From the NCBI GenBank assembly GCA_964252075.1, contig CAXULY010000004.1:154585-218584 (forward strand): a stretch of 64,000 nt of DNA. The letters run 5' to 3'. The first letter of the stretch is position 1, and every line of letters starts with the position of its first letter. Under the pieces are notes generated by a model that was not told where the DNA came from, searched no databases, and saw only the letters and a program-made list of their open reading frames with translations. Both the position numbers and the translations under genes were made by a program. Of the stretch, positions 54,932 through 64,000 are shown in pieces. The stretch comes from an uncultured Deinococcaceae bacterium (GTDB lineage Bacteria; Deinococcota; Deinococci; Deinococcales; Deinococcaceae).

Positions 54932-57066
54932 TGCCCGGAGCTTCCGGTGGTCGAGGTGCCGTCCGTGGAGGCGCCGCCCGCGCCCTGGCCCTGCGGGAGG
55001 CTGAACACGAAGATGGTGGCGGAGCCCGTGGTGCTCCAGATGCTGCGCGAGGCGTTGCCGGAGGTGGTCGCCACGTACTGCTGGTCGCCCACCTTGTACG
55101 TCACCACGCCGCCGCCGATGGCGCCGCCCGTGCGGAAGGTGTAGAGCTTGTTGCCGTTCTTAGCGTCCATCGCCATGAAGTCGCCGTTCTGGTCGCCGGT
55201 GAAGATCACGCCGCCCGCGGTGGGCGTGACGCCCGCGATCATGGGGGTGGCCTGCTTGACCTGCCACATGGGCTGGCCGGTGCTGGCGTTGTACGCGCGC
55301 GTCCAGCCGCGCGCGTTCTTCACGGGGTCGAAGGTGGCGTCACCGCCGAAGTACAGGCTGCCCGAGACGTACCGCGTCTCCCCGATCTTGTAGTTGGCGC
55401 ACCAGTCCACGCTGTTCACGTACAGCGCGTTCGTGCGCGGGTCGAGCGCCGGGCCGTTCCACTCCACGCCGCCCAGGATGCCGGGGCAGTCGCGCCGCCC
55501 CGTGAGGCTCACGGGCTTGTCGGCGTTGGTGTGCGTGGTGGTTTCCTGGCGGCTCACGAGTTTGTGCGTGGCGCGGTCATAGATGTACAGCCAGCCGCCC
55601 TTGTTCGCGACCGCCATATACTTCCCGCCGTTCAGGTCGTACACGAGGGGGGCGGCGGCGGTGTCCCAGTCGTGCGTGTCGTGCGGCACCTGCTGCGCGT
55701 ACCACTGGAGCTTGCCGGTGCGGTCGTCCAGCACCACCACGGAGTTCGTGTAGAGGTTGTCGCCGGGGCGCAGGCCGCCGTTGAAGTCCGGGGCGGGGTT
55801 GCCGACCGACACGTACAGCAGTTTGTTGGTGGGGTCCAGGGTGAGGGTCGTCCAGATGGAGCCGCCGCCGTGCTCGGCGCCCTTCTTCCAGGTGTCCGCG
55901 CCCGGCTGGTTGCCGGTGGGAATCACGTTGAAGGACCACAGCGGCTTGCCGGTCTTCGCGTCAAAGGCGCGGATATGGCCGTTCGCGCCCCAGTCGGCGC
56001 CCGCCTCACCGATGTACACCTTGCCGTCCGCCGCGATGGGCGCCGCGGACAGGAAGTACCCTTTGTTGCTGTCCGCCACCCAGGTGTCCCACAGCTGCTT
56101 GCCGGTCTTGGCGTCGAGCGCCAGCAGGTGCCCGTCGGTGGTGCCGCGGAACAGCGTGCCGCCGTACAGGGCCACGCCGCGGTTTGCGGGTTGCGGTTCG
56201 GGGCCGCTGGGGGTGTAGTCGGACTCCCAGACCTTGCTGCAAGTGTCGCCCCTGAGGGCGTACGTGTTGTGGACGGAGGTGATGTACATCAGGCCCTGGT
56301 ACACCACCGGCCCCGTCTGGAAGCTGCCGATCTCGCCGAGCTGGAACACGCACTTCACGCCGAGGTTCGCGGCGTTGTCGGGCGTGATCTGGTTGAGGGG
56401 TGAGAAGCGCTGACCGCGGTAGTCGCGGTTGTACATGAGCCAGTCGCCGTCCTGCGCGTTCAGGAGTTCCTGATCGGTGGGGGCGCTGCCGCTGGCCGTC
56501 CCGCTCGTCTTCACGACCTTCGGGAGGTCGGTGGGCGCGGGGGCGCTGGCCTGCTGGGTGCCGGAGGCGCCCGCGCCGCTCTGCGGGGTGCTGCTGTTGT
56601 TCTTCGGCGCCGTCAGTTTGACTTTCAGGGTGGCGCTGTTCAGGGGGGCCTTGCCCGCCACGAAGCCGTTCCGGGAGAGCACGTAGGCGGTGACGTCCTG
56701 GTACTGCTTCTGGCTGAGGCTGCCGGGCGCGGTGAGCGGCATCTGCTTGGAGATCACGTCGTACAGGTCCGCGAGGGGGTGGCTGCCGTTCGCCCACTTC
56801 CCGAGAAAGCCGCTGCCCGCGAGGGCCGGGCCCGCGCCGCCCTGCAACTGCGCGCCGTGGCAGCCCTGGCAGTTCGCGGCGTACACCTGCTGCCCTGAGG
56901 TGGCCTGCGCCTGCGTGAAGGTCGGACTGCCCGCCTGGGCGGTGCCGTTCGGTCCGCTGCCATTCTGGGGGGGTGGAACGGCCAGCGCCAGTGACAACCA
57001 CGCCACCATGCCGCTGACCGTCAGTCCTGCGCCCACCGCCACCGCTGTCCTGCGCCTCGTCTGCAT
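54928..57066 (-). CDS. PQQ-dependent dehydrogenase with N-terminal cytochrome c domain
   Basis: Signal peptide, CQGCH, MP axial Met, W..Y......RFSPL.QI, NRGVA, ALDAKTGK.LW repeats, GNPAP, PHD.HDWD. Confidence 0.9.
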   Translation of the reverse strand: MQTRRRTAVAVGAGLTVSGMVAWLSLALAVPPPQNGSGPNGTAQAGSPTFTQAQATSGQQVYAANCQGCHGAQLQGGAGPALAGSGFLGKWANGSHPLADLYDVISKQMPLTAPGSLSQKQYQDVTAYVLSRNGFVAGKAPLNSATLKVKLTAPKNNSSTPQSGAGASGTQQASAPAPTDLPKVVKTSGTASGSAPTDQELLNAQDGDWLMYNRDYRGQRFSPLNQITPDNAANLGVKCVFQLGEIGSFQTGPVVYQGLMYITSVHNTYALRGDTCSKVWESDYTPSGPEPQPANRGVALYGGTLFRGTTDGHLLALDAKTGKQLWDTWVADSNKGYFLSAAPIAADGKVYIGEAGADWGANGHIRAFDAKTGKPLWSFNVIPTGNQPGADTWKKGAEHGGGSIWTTLTLDPTNKLLYVSVGNPAPDFNGGLRPGDNLYTNSVVVLDDRTGKLQWYAQQVPHDTHDWDTAAAPLVYDLNGGKYMAVANKGGWLYIYDRATHKLVSRQETTTHTNADKPVSLTGRRDCPGILGGVEWNGPALDPRTNALYVNSVDWCANYKIGETRYVSGSLYFGGDATFDPVKNARGWTRAYNASTGQPMWQVKQATPMIAGVTPTAGGVIFTGDQNGDFMAMDAKNGNKLYTFRTGGAIGGGVVTYKVGDQQYVATTSGNASRSIWSTTGSATIFVFSLPQGQGAGGASTDGTSTTGSSGQ

Positions 57067-57244
57067 GCCTTCTCCCTTCATGCTGGTGACCTTGTGGGCC
57101 GCCAGCGGCACAAGAGCGCCCGTGCCCGACTGGTGCACGCAATTGTGTTCTCCACTGACATAGCACTTTCGTGTGGAATGGGTTGGGTGTCTGAAGTGAC
57201 GGTGAACGCCCCTCCGGCACACCCACCCGCGCGCCCCGGCACTG

Positions 57245-58429
57245 TTATGGTGCGCGGCGCGATTGGCGCTGCCACAGCGCCCCCAGCGCCGCGAGGAGGG
57301 CCGCGAGCGCCGTGAACAGCGCGCTGCTCGGGAGGTGCGCGCCGCCCAGCGCCGCGCCGAGGCTCAGTCCCAGGGCGTTCAGGCCCAGGAACACGCCCAT
57401 CACGCGCCCGAGCGCCCCGCGCGGCGCGAGCGCCTGGATGCGCGTGGTGGCCGCGACCTCCATCAGCCCCAGGCTGACGCCCAGCAGCCCTGCTGCCACG
57501 AACCACGCGCGGGCGTCCGGCAGCGCCAGCCCCGCCACCGCGAGCGCACACGCGCCTCGCCCCACGGCGATGAGGGTGTCGGCGCTCCAGCGGCGCGCGA
57601 GCGGCCCCACCGCCAGGGCGCCCAGCAGCGCCCCGCCGGACAGCAGGCCCTCGAAGAGCGCGTACCCGCCCGCGCCGCCCGCGTGTCCCTGCATGAACAG
57701 TGGCGCGCGCACGTTCACCACATTCAAGGTGAGGTTCATGCTGAAGCCCAGCAGCAGCATGAGCATCAGCAGCGGCCGGGCGCGCACCGTGAGCAGGCCG
57801 TCCCGCAGCTGCCCCCAGAAGCCCGCCGCGCCGTGCGCGCCGCTGGCCGTGAGGGGCTGCAGGGCGAGCGCCGCGAGGGCGCTCAGCGCGTACAGCGGCA
57901 GGCCGACCAGCAGTGTCTCGCCGCTGCCGAGCAGCTTCACGAGCAGGCCGCCCAGGCCGTACCCGACGAGCGGGAGGCCCATCAGCGCGGCGCTGGTGAG
58001 GCTGTTGGCGCGCGCGAGCGCACCCTCGGGCACGAGGCGAGGGGTGAGGGCGCTCCCGGCGGTGAAGCTGAGCGTCACGAGCAGGCCGTTCAGGAACGCG
58101 AAGGCCGCGAGGGCGGGCAGGGCCGCGTGGCCGCGCAGGGCGAGCAGCGCGACGAAGCCGAGCAGCAGCGCGCGCAGCAGCGCGGAGCCGCCCAGCACCG
58201 CGCGGGGCGGCCAGCGGTCCGCGAGCGTGCCGAGCAGCGGCGCCAGGAAGCGCGGGAGGCTGCCCGCCAGCACCACCGCGCCGAGCGCCCCTTGCCCGCC
58301 GCCGCCCGCGAGCACCACGAAGGGCAGGGCGACGAAGGTGATGGCGTCCCCGACGGCGGTCGCCGCGAGGCCCGAGAGGTACAGCGTGAAGTCGCGCGAC
58401 GCGGGGTGTGGGACAGGGAGGCTGGTCAT
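57245..58429 (-). CDS. MFS exporter (DHA3-like)
   Basis: About 12 TM helices; GTLADRWP.R motif; L.RANSL. Confidence 0.88.
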   Translation of the reverse strand: MTSLPVPHPASRDFTLYLSGLAATAVGDAITFVALPFVVLAGGGGQGALGAVVLAGSLPRFLAPLLGTLADRWPPRAVLGGSALLRALLLGFVALLALRGHAALPALAAFAFLNGLLVTLSFTAGSALTPRLVPEGALARANSLTSAALMGLPLVGYGLGGLLVKLLGSGETLLVGLPLYALSALAALALQPLTASGAHGAAGFWGQLRDGLLTVRARPLLMLMLLLGFSMNLTLNVVNVRAPLFMQGHAGGAGGYALFEGLLSGGALLGALAVGPLARRWSADTLIAVGRGACALAVAGLALPDARAWFVAAGLLGVSLGLMEVAATTRIQALAPRGALGRVMGVFLGLNALGLSLGAALGGAHLPSSALFTALAALLAALGALWQRQSRRAP

Positions 58430-58482
58430 GCCCCCAGGCTCGGGCTAAGCTACCGAAAATGCCGCACACGACTTTGGGCAGC

Positions 58483-59139
58483 ATGTCGGGCGAGTGGCTG
58501 ACCGTGCGGGACGCAGAGGCCGCCCGCCTCCTCACGGACCCGGACGCGCGGCGCTTCCTCGCGCCCTTCATCGGGCGGGAACGCACGGCGGGCGAGGCCG
58601 CCAGCGAGATCGGGTGCAGCGTGGAGCGGCTCCTGTATCGCCTGCGGCAGTTCCAGGCGGTGGGCCTGCTCGTGCAGACGGGCGTGCGGGTCCGCGCGGG
58701 CCGCGCCATGAAACGCTACCGGGCGAGCGCGGACGGCTTCGTGGTGCCCTTCGAACTCACCCCGCACGAGGACCTGGAGGCCCTGCTGCACCGGCAGGCC
58801 CTGCCGCACGCGCGCCTGCTGGCGCGCACCTGGGCGCGGCAGCTGAATGAGCGCGGCCTGAACGCCCGCCTGATCTACCGCGCGGACAACGGCGACCTGC
58901 ACACCGAGACGGCCCTCCCGCCCGGCCTCACGTGGGCGGACGTGCAAGGCGCGGCGGCGGGCACGGACTTCACGGGCGTGCACTGGCTCACGGACGCGCA
59001 GGCGGCGGAGGTGAGCGACCTGCTGCACGCCCTACGGGAGCGCCTGCAGACCGACCGGCAGGACGCCGGGACGGGCCGCCCCTACCTGATCTCCGTGGCG
59101 CTCGCGCGCCTGCGGCCCGAGGACCTGGAGGGCACGTGA
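58483..59139 (+). CDS. ArsR-like winged-helix regulator
   Basis: LTDP..RR.L..F, A.E.G...LY.L......GLL, K.YRA; divergent from the MFS gene. Confidence 0.8.
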   Translation: MSGEWLTVRDAEAARLLTDPDARRFLAPFIGRERTAGEAASEIGCSVERLLYRLRQFQAVGLLVQTGVRVRAGRAMKRYRASADGFVVPFELTPHEDLEALLHRQALPHARLLARTWARQLNERGLNARLIYRADNGDLHTETALPPGLTWADVQGAAAGTDFTGVHWLTDAQAAEVSDLLHALRERLQTDRQDAGTGRPYLISVALARLRPEDLEGT

Positions 59140-59170
59140 GGGGCGTGCCCCTCACGCGCCCCGCGCGCCT

Positions 59171-60091
59171 TCAGCTGAAGATGCCGGTGGGCAGGCAGGC
59201 GCTCACGACCCAGTTGGGGGCGTCCACAATCTCGCTGATCTTCAGGTCCACCGCGACGCTGCACAAAGCGTAGGCGAGCTGCGGGTCCAGGCCGTACTGG
59301 CGGCCCAGGTGGTCGATCATGGCGCGGATGGCGTCCTGCGCGGCGGCGTACAGGTCCGGGCCAACACCGGTGGTGGCGTACACCGCGCCCGCGACCTGGG
59401 CAGGCCCGCCAGGCAGTTCGTAGCGCGGCGCGCTGAACCCGGCGCCCTTGAGCAGCCCGAAGCGCACCTGCACCTGCATGGCCGTCTCGATGGCGGTGCC
59501 GCACACCTCGCCGTCCCCCTGGCAGGCGTGCGTGTCCCCCACGCTGAAGAGCGCGCCGGGCACCTCCACGGGCAAGTACAGCTTCGCGCCGCGCGTGAGG
59601 TCCCGGATGTCGAGGTTCCCGCCCACCCGGCGCGGCGGCACGACGCTGTGCAGCCCGGGTTCGGCGAGGGCCACGCCCACCGTGCCCGTGAAGGGCCGGG
59701 TGGGGAGCGTGATCTCCGGCGTGAACTGCACGCGCTGGCGGTCATAGCGGCTGACGTGCAGCCAGGGGTCCGTGAACTCCGCCGCGAGCAGCCCGAAGCC
59801 GGGGATGATGCTCGTCCAGCCCCACGCGGACTCCTGGAAGTCCACGAACTCCACGACCAGCACGTCGCCGGGCTGCGCGCCCTCCACGAACACCGGGCCG
59901 TTCACGGGGTTCGTGCGGGAGAAGTCGAAGGCGGCCACATCGGCGGCGGTGCTGTCGGGCGTGATCTGCCCGCCGCTGGCGTCCACGATGTCGAAACTCA
60001 GGGTGTCCCCCGGCTGGGCGTGCGCCTGCGGCGCGAGGCTGTTGTCCCACCCGAAGTGGTGGTGGTGGATGGTGTGGATGTGCGGCGTCAC
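59171..60091 (-). CDS. Acetamidase/formamidase family protein
   Basis: GPVFVEGAQPGD, P..GGNLD, FS.GD.HA.QGDGEVCGTAIE. Confidence 0.93.
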   Translation of the reverse strand: MTPHIHTIHHHHFGWDNSLAPQAHAQPGDTLSFDIVDASGGQITPDSTAADVAAFDFSRTNPVNGPVFVEGAQPGDVLVVEFVDFQESAWGWTSIIPGFGLLAAEFTDPWLHVSRYDRQRVQFTPEITLPTRPFTGTVGVALAEPGLHSVVPPRRVGGNLDIRDLTRGAKLYLPVEVPGALFSVGDTHACQGDGEVCGTAIETAMQVQVRFGLLKGAGFSAPRYELPGGPAQVAGAVYATTGVGPDLYAAAQDAIRAMIDHLGRQYGLDPQLAYALCSVAVDLKISEIVDAPNWVVSACLPTGIFS

Positions 60092-60101
60092 GCCTGCCCC
60101 C

Positions 60102-61697
60102 TCACTTCTTCACCGAGAGGCGCTCGTACATGATGAAGTGGATGGGGTCCACGAGGTCATTCACGGTGCCCACCAGCTTGTCGGAGTGCATCACGTAGCG
60201 CACTTCGTGGTACACCGGCACCCACAGGGCCTGCTTGTCGAGTTGCGCGAAGATCTGCTTGTACGCGTTCAGGCGCGCGGTTCCCTGCGCGGGCGCCACC
60301 ATGCGGTCCGCCTGCTCGGCGCGCGCGTCGAGCTTCTTGTCGCAGAACCACGACCAGTTCCAGCCACCCTGCACGGCGCCCTTGCAGCTCAGGATGGGCC
60401 AGTAAAAGTCGCTGGGGTCCGGGTAATCCTGCGTCCACGCCATGCCGCCCGACCACACCATGGGCGCTGCGCCCTTCGTGCCCGCCGCGTCAATCACGGT
60501 GCTCTGCGCCTGGCTCTTGATGCTGGCGCGCACCCCGACGCGCGCGAGGTCCTGCTGGATGCTCTGTGCGATGCGCGGGTTGGGGTCGGTGCTGTTCGTG
60601 TACAGCACGGTGTCGAAGCCGTTCGCGTAGCCGGCGGTCTTCAGCAGCGCCTTCGCGGCGTTCGGGTCGTACTTGTACCCAGTGGCGCTCGCGTCGTACC
60701 CGGGCATGAGGGGCGGCAGGTACGTCTTCGCGACCTGCCCGCGCCCGTTGATGATGCGCAGCAGCTTGGTCTTGTCGATCGCCATGTTGATCGCCTGCCG
60801 CACCCGCGCGTCCTTCAGCGGCCCCACGCCGGAGTTCAGCGCGAGGTAGGTGGTGTTCACGCTGGTCTTGCTGACGATGTTCGCCTTGTAGCGCGGGTCC
60901 TTCACGACCTGCAGGAACTGGGCGGGCGGAATGCCGTCGCCCAGCAGGTCCACCTCCCCGCGCGTGAGGCTCAGGAAGGCCACGCTGGGGTCCAGGCCGA
61001 CCTTCACCGTCACCTGATCGAGGTACGGGAGGCTGCTCACGAAGTAATTGGGGTTGCGGTCGAACACCAGCTGCTGCCCACTGGTCCAGCTGCTGAGCTT
61101 GAAGGGCCCCGTGCCGACCGGCTTGTGCCCGAAGTCCGCGCCCGCCTTCGCGACCTCCTCCTTCGGCACGACGTACGCGAAGTTCATCGCCATGATGTTC
61201 AGGAACGCGGCGTTCGGCGCGTCCAGCGTGATGGTGACGGTGGTGGGGCTCGTGGCCTTCAGGCCGCTCACGGTCTTGGCCTTGCCGTCAATGAAGGCCT
61301 GCGCGCCCTGAATGCCGGTGTAGAAGCCCTGGCCGGGGCTCTTGGTCTTGGGGTCCAGCACGCGCGTGAGGGTGTACACCACGTCGCTGGCCGTCATGGC
61401 GCGCCCGTTCTGGAACTTCACGTTCGGGCGCAGGGTGAAGGTGTAGGTCCTGCCGTCCGCGCTGACCTTCGGCATGCCCGCCGCGAGGCGTGGCTCCAGC
61501 CGGGTGGTGCCGGGCGTGTAGTCGAGCAGGCCGTCGAAGACCATCTTCTCCAGCGGCCAGTTCTGGTAGTCGTAGCCGATGGCGGGGTCCAGGGTGGTCA
61601 CGTCGTCCTTGTAGGACACCACGATGGACCCGCCCTTCTGCGGCGCGGCAAGGGCCAGGCCGGAACACAGCAGGGCGGTGAGCAGCACTCGTTTCAT
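60102..61697 (-). CDS. Peptide/nickel ABC substrate-binding protein (family 5)
   Basis: Signal peptide, TLDP, S.DG.TYTFTLR..VKF..G, PVGTGPF, VRQAI..AID. Confidence 0.94.
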   Translation of the reverse strand: MKRVLLTALLCSGLALAAPQKGGSIVVSYKDDVTTLDPAIGYDYQNWPLEKMVFDGLLDYTPGTTRLEPRLAAGMPKVSADGRTYTFTLRPNVKFQNGRAMTASDVVYTLTRVLDPKTKSPGQGFYTGIQGAQAFIDGKAKTVSGLKATSPTTVTITLDAPNAAFLNIMAMNFAYVVPKEEVAKAGADFGHKPVGTGPFKLSSWTSGQQLVFDRNPNYFVSSLPYLDQVTVKVGLDPSVAFLSLTRGEVDLLGDGIPPAQFLQVVKDPRYKANIVSKTSVNTTYLALNSGVGPLKDARVRQAINMAIDKTKLLRIINGRGQVAKTYLPPLMPGYDASATGYKYDPNAAKALLKTAGYANGFDTVLYTNSTDPNPRIAQSIQQDLARVGVRASIKSQAQSTVIDAAGTKGAAPMVWSGGMAWTQDYPDPSDFYWPILSCKGAVQGGWNWSWFCDKKLDARAEQADRMVAPAQGTARLNAYKQIFAQLDKQALWVPVYHEVRYVMHSDKLVGTVNDLVDPIHFIMYERLSVKK

Positions 61698-61732
61698 AGG
61701 AACCTCCGAAGAACGGGGGATGGGCGGGAACG

Positions 61733-62653
61733 TCACTGGTAGCGCACGCGGGGGTCCACGAGGGGCTGCACGAGGTCCGCGAGGAGGTTGGCGAGCGTGA
61801 TGAACACCGCGCTGAACAGCACCACGCCCACGATGACGGGGATGTCCACCACGCGGATGGCGTCCCACACGAGGCGCCCGAGGCCCGGCCAGCCGAAGAC
61901 GCTCTCCACGACGACCACGCCGCCCATGAAGGTGCCGACGTCCAGGCCGATCATGGTGACAATGGGGAGGGCGGCGTTGCGCAGCGCGTGGCGCAGCAGC
62001 ACGGGTGCGGGCCGCTGGCCCTTGGCGCGCGCGGTGCGGATGTAGTCCTGGTCGAGCACGTCGAGGAGGCTGGAGCGCATCATGCGGGCGTACCAGCCGG
62101 CGCCGCCGATGCCGAGCGTGAGGGCGGGCAGGAACAGGTGGTTGAGGCCGCCGTACCCGCCGAGCGGAAACAGCGCGAGGTGGTAGGCGAGCAGGTACAC
62201 GAGGCTGAGCGCCAGCCAGAACTGCGGGGTGGCCGCTCCGATGAAGGCGAGGCCCATGACGAGCGTGTCCGGCCAGCGCCCGCGCCGCAGGGCCGCCCAG
62301 ATGCCGAGCGGCAGGCCGATCAGCAGTTCCAGCGCGATGGCGCCCAGCATGAGCTGCACGGTCGGCCCGATGCGCGAGGCGAGCAGGCCGGAGACGGGGC
62401 TGTTCTGCTTGTAGCTGCGGCCCAGGTCGCCGTGCAGGGCGCGGTCCAGGTACCCGCCGTACTGCGCGAGGAAGGGCCGGTCCAGGCCGAGTTCGTGGCG
62501 GATGCTGTTCACGGTCTGCACGCTGGCGCTGGGGCCGGCGACCATGCGGGCGGGGTCGGCGGGCAGCAGGTACACCAGCGCGAAGGTCAGCATGGACGCG
62601 ACGAGCAGCACCAGGGCGCTCTGGATGAGGCGGTTTCCGAGGAAGACCAGCAC
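61733..62653 (-). CDS. Peptide ABC permease (DppB-like)
   Basis: LGLD.P...QY..Y....L.GDLG.S, DYIRTARAKG, ESVFGWPGLG. Confidence 0.93.
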   Translation of the reverse strand: MLVFLGNRLIQSALVLLVASMLTFALVYLLPADPARMVAGPSASVQTVNSIRHELGLDRPFLAQYGGYLDRALHGDLGRSYKQNSPVSGLLASRIGPTVQLMLGAIALELLIGLPLGIWAALRRGRWPDTLVMGLAFIGAATPQFWLALSLVYLLAYHLALFPLGGYGGLNHLFLPALTLGIGGAGWYARMMRSSLLDVLDQDYIRTARAKGQRPAPVLLRHALRNAALPIVTMIGLDVGTFMGGVVVVESVFGWPGLGRLVWDAIRVVDIPVIVGVVLFSAVFITLANLLADLVQPLVDPRVRYQ

Positions 62654-62655
62654 GC

Positions 62656-63549
62656 CTACCGCCCTCCGCGCGGGTCGAGGGCGTCGCGCAGGCCCTCGCC
62701 CAGCAGGTTGAAGCCGAGCGCGGTGAGCAGGATCGCGCCGCCCGGCGCGAGGACCAGCCACGGCGCGGTGGTGAGGTAACTCTGCGATTCGTTGATGATG
62801 CCGCCCCAGCTGGGCGTGGGGGGCTGCACGCCCACCCCCAGGAAGGACAGCGTGGCTTCCAGCAGCACGGTGGTGCCCACGCCGAGGGAGCCCCACACCA
62901 GCGCGGTGGGGATCAGGTGCGGCAGCACGTGGCGCGCCAGCACGCGGGCGGGCGCGGCGCCGACGGCGTGGGCGGCCTCCACGAACTCGCGTTCGCGCAG
63001 GCTCATGACCTCGCTGTACACGACGCGTGCGATGGGTACCCAGTTGAGGCCGGCAATGACGAGCGCCACGATCCACAGGCTGGGTTTCAGGATGGCGGTG
63101 AGCGCGATGGCGAGCAGCAGCACCGGGAAGGCCAGCATCACGTCCGTGAAGCGCATGACGAGCGTGCCGCCCACCCCGCGCCACAGGGCGCCGACCGCGC
63201 CGATCAGCAGGCCGAGCAGGGTAGCGATGAGGTTGGCGACGAAGCCCACGGTGAGGGACGCGCGGGCGCCCCAGATGACGCGCGAGAGCAGGTCGCGGCC
63301 CAGCAGGTCCGTGCCGAGCCAGAAGGCGTGGCCGGGCGGGACGGGCGCGCCCTCCAGGGTGAGGCCCTCGGTGAAGCCGTAGTCCGGGTCGTGCGGCGCC
63401 ACCCACGGCGCGAACACCGCCGCCGCGAGCACCAGCAGGCACACGATCAGGCCCACAAGGGCGGCCTTGTTGCGCCGGAAGCGCCGCAGCGCGCGGTTCG
63501 GGGCGCGGGCGGGACGCGAGGGCGGCAGGGCGGTGGCGGGGCCGCTCAC
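62656..63549 (-). CDS. Peptide ABC permease (DppC-like)
   Basis: LGTD.LGRD..SR, EFVEAA..VG, EA.LSFLG.GVQPP.PSWG. Confidence 0.93.
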   Translation of the reverse strand: MSGPATALPPSRPARAPNRALRRFRRNKAALVGLIVCLLVLAAAVFAPWVAPHDPDYGFTEGLTLEGAPVPPGHAFWLGTDLLGRDLLSRVIWGARASLTVGFVANLIATLLGLLIGAVGALWRGVGGTLVMRFTDVMLAFPVLLLAIALTAILKPSLWIVALVIAGLNWVPIARVVYSEVMSLREREFVEAAHAVGAAPARVLARHVLPHLIPTALVWGSLGVGTTVLLEATLSFLGVGVQPPTPSWGGIINESQSYLTTAPWLVLAPGGAILLTALGFNLLGEGLRDALDPRGGR

Positions 63550-64000
63550 TTGGTGCGGCCCCTGGGGTCGAGGGCGTCGCGCAGGCCGTCCCCGAGCAGG
63601 TTGAAGGCCAGCACCGTCAGGAAGATCGCAACGCCCGGCGCGAGCGCCAGCCACGGCGCGGTGGTGAGGTAGCCGCGCGCGACGTTCAGCATGCTGCCCC
63701 AGCTGGGCGTGGGGGGCTGCACGCCGAGGCCCAGGAAGCTCAGGGTGCTCTCCGCGAGGACCGCCTCCGCGATGGTGAGGGTGGTCTGCACAATCAGGGC
63801 GCTCACGATGTTCGGCAGCACGTGGCGCAGCAGGGTGCGCCAGGACCCGGCGCCGAGCGCGGTGGCGGCCTGCACGTAGTCCAGTTCGCGCTGCGCGAGC
63901 ACCTGGGCGCGCGTGACGCGCGCGAAGGCGGGCGTCGTGACGATCGCGATGGCGAGCATGGTGTTCTGCAGGCTGGGCCCCAGGATGGCGGCGAGGGTGA
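63546..64000 (-). CDS. Second DppC-like permease, 5' part outside the window
   Basis: DYVQAA.ALG, ES.LSFLGLGVQPP.PSWG, LGDGLRDALDPR. Confidence 0.9.
   Translation of the reverse strand, partial: TLAAILGPSLQNTMLAIAIVTTPAFARVTRAQVLAQRELDYVQAATALGAGSWRTLLRHVLPNIVSALIVQTTLTIAEAVLAESTLSFLGLGVQPPTPSWGSMLNVARGYLTTAPWLALAPGVAIFLTVLAFNLLGDGLRDALDPRGRTK

Noticed and set aside
62656..63760. Similar DNA at 62660-62860 and 63550-63750 as a mobile repeat
   Set aside because: Explained by the conserved C-termini of paralogous DppC permeases

Overview
64 kb of high-GC bacterial chromosome, most likely Deinococcus. This is inferred from an RDRM operator, many apparently leaderless genes, an Arg-type EF-P and the gene content. 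Housekeeping and metabolic genes: dnaB (5'-truncated), nrdR, era, tRNA-Trp, efp-accB-accC, pta, pdp, glcF/D/E, two ABC systems, a Lia-like two-component operon and a SorC-regulated polyol cluster. Accessory loci: (i) two copies of a 76-bp non-coding unit, each a full sigma70 promoter firing straight into an intrinsic terminator (predicted ~29-nt RNA), flanking an aminoglycoside-kinase-like gene; (ii) a nadM-nadV NAD+ salvage operon extended by NADAR and a translationally coupled putative ADP-ribosyltransferase-fold protein; (iii) a TerY-P triad beside tRNA-Trp with a frameshifted kinase; (iv) a STAND-like ATPase-TPR-wHTH regulator followed by 11-bp-spaced repeats; (v) an N-terminal cytochrome c-PQQ dehydrogenase; (vi) an RDRM-controlled CXXC microprotein. 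I saw no transposase, integrase, rRNA or CRISPR array. All calls come from motif recognition by eye; no searches were run.
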